Part shown: one piece after another, positions 63,172-64,000 of the stretch | How positions within the stretch are numbered: the first letter of the stretch is position 1 | Layout of the letters: the number at the start of each line of letters is the position of its first letter | Origin: an uncultured Arcobacter sp. | Lineage (GTDB): Bacteria; Campylobacterota; Campylobacteria; Campylobacterales; Arcobacteraceae | DNA length: 64,000 nt | Direction: 5' to 3' | Assembly: GCA_965140705.1 (NCBI GenBank) | Contig: OZ223302.1 | Coordinates: forward strand, 480,001 to 544,000 | Notes under the pieces: model-generated | The model's database searches: none | Told to the model about the DNA's origin: nothing | What the model saw: only the letters and a program-made list of their open reading frames with translations | Position numbers and translations under genes: made by a program

Positions 63172-64000
63172 AGTTTATATTACTGATTATATTGATAATC
63201 CATATATTGAAAAAGAAGTTTTAAAATCAGAGTTATCTGATCAATTAAATAAAAATATAGAAGTTCTTTTAGTATGGCATGAACATATTACAAAAAAGTA
63301 TATTAATAATCTTCCAAATCTTAAAGGCATAGTTAGATATGGAGTAGGTTATGATGCAATAGATTTAGAATATGCAAAAAATAAAAACATTTTTGTTTGT
63401 AATACACCTGATTACGGAACAGAAGAAGTAAGTGATACAGCAATTGCTATGATTATGAATATATCAAGAGGCATTACAAGGTATGATTATCAATGTAGAA
63501 GTTATACTAATACTTGGCAAGAAAATACGATTACATCAATAAAAAGAACTTCTGATTATAAACTTGGAGTGATTGGTGCTGGAAGAATTGGAGCTAGTGT
63601 ACTTTTAAAAGCAAATGCTCTTAGATTTAATACCTATTTTTATGATCCTTATGTACCAAGAGGACATGAAAAAATGTTAAACACTAAAAGAACAGATACA
63701 TTAGAAGAATTACTTGAAACTTGCGATATCATCTCTATTAATTGCCCTTTATCAGATGAAACAGAAGGAATGATTAATCAAAAGTTTATAAATAATATGA
63801 AAGATGGGAGTTCTTTAGTTAATACTGCACGGGGTGGAATAATAAAGGATATTGATGTTTTTTATGAGGCATTAAAAAGTGGTAAATTATCAAATGTAGC
63901 ATTAGATGTAATTCCTAAGGAACCTCCTAAAGATTCTCTTTTAATAAATGCTTGGAGAAAAAAGGAAGAGTGGCTGGATGGTCGATTTATATTAAATCCA
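63164..64000 (+). CDS. D-isomer-specific 2-hydroxyacid dehydrogenase (CtBP-like), truncated by window end
   Basis: Not in the ORF track; translated by hand: MNRVYITD ... VRYGVGYDAID ... CNTPDYGTEEVSD ... LGVIGAGRIG ... VNTARGGII. Confidence 0.9.
   Translation, partial: MNRVYITDYIDNPYIEKEVLKSELSDQLNKNIEVLLVWHEHITKKYINNLPNLKGIVRYGVGYDAIDLEYAKNKNIFVCNTPDYGTEEVSDTAIAMIMNISRGITRYDYQCRSYTNTWQENTITSIKRTSDYKLGVIGAGRIGASVLLKANALRFNTYFYDPYVPRGHEKMLNTKRTDTLEELLETCDIISINCPLSDETEGMINQKFINNMKDGSSLVNTARGGIIKDIDVFYEALKSGKLSNVALDVIPKEPPKDSLLINAWRKKEEWLDGRFILNP

Noticed and set aside
43984..64000. Phase-variable homopolymer tracts in the glycosylation island
   Set aside because: No poly-G/C tracts; the A8-A9 runs are expected in DNA this AT-rich and all reading frames are intact

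Overview
AT-rich chromosomal window from a Campylobacterota bacterium, most likely Arcobacteraceae. This is inferred from gene content, epsilon-type flagellins, hrcA-grpE-dnaK without dnaJ and the flagellar gene layout. From left to right it holds: a flagellar gene cluster (flgH partial, fliL, motE-like, fliJ-like, fliQ, flgI, fliM); pyrC; a nitrogen-control locus (two amt-PII pairs, a Cache-like membrane protein, a receiver-less NtrC/Fis-like regulator, glnD) marked by three perfect TGTATA-N5-TATACA palindromes; dsbD/trx/psd/mltA; and hrcA-grpE-dnaK with two CIRCE-like boxes. Next is a ~3.9 kb accessory defence islet (PtuA-like ATPase, MNT, HEPN and PtuB-like HNH in one operon) flanked by long structured non-coding elements, two of which are inverted, covarying copies of one fold. 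Housekeeping genes follow (truA, lptF/G, prepilin peptidase, uppS, coaBC, glmU, trmA), together with an ankyrin-repeat protein and a SUV3-like helicase. The window ends with two tandem flagellins and a >20 kb flagellin glycosylation island: a giant Maf with four C-terminal repeats, two NeuB-like synthases, NeuC, two cytidylyltransferases, a B12 radical SAM, methyltransferases, a deacetylase, a HAD phosphatase, a divergent GAPDH, an HpcH aldolase and a 2-hydroxyacid dehydrogenase. No rRNA, tRNA, CRISPR array, transposase, integrase or reverse transcriptase was seen. All calls come from motif recognition by eye; no database search was run.
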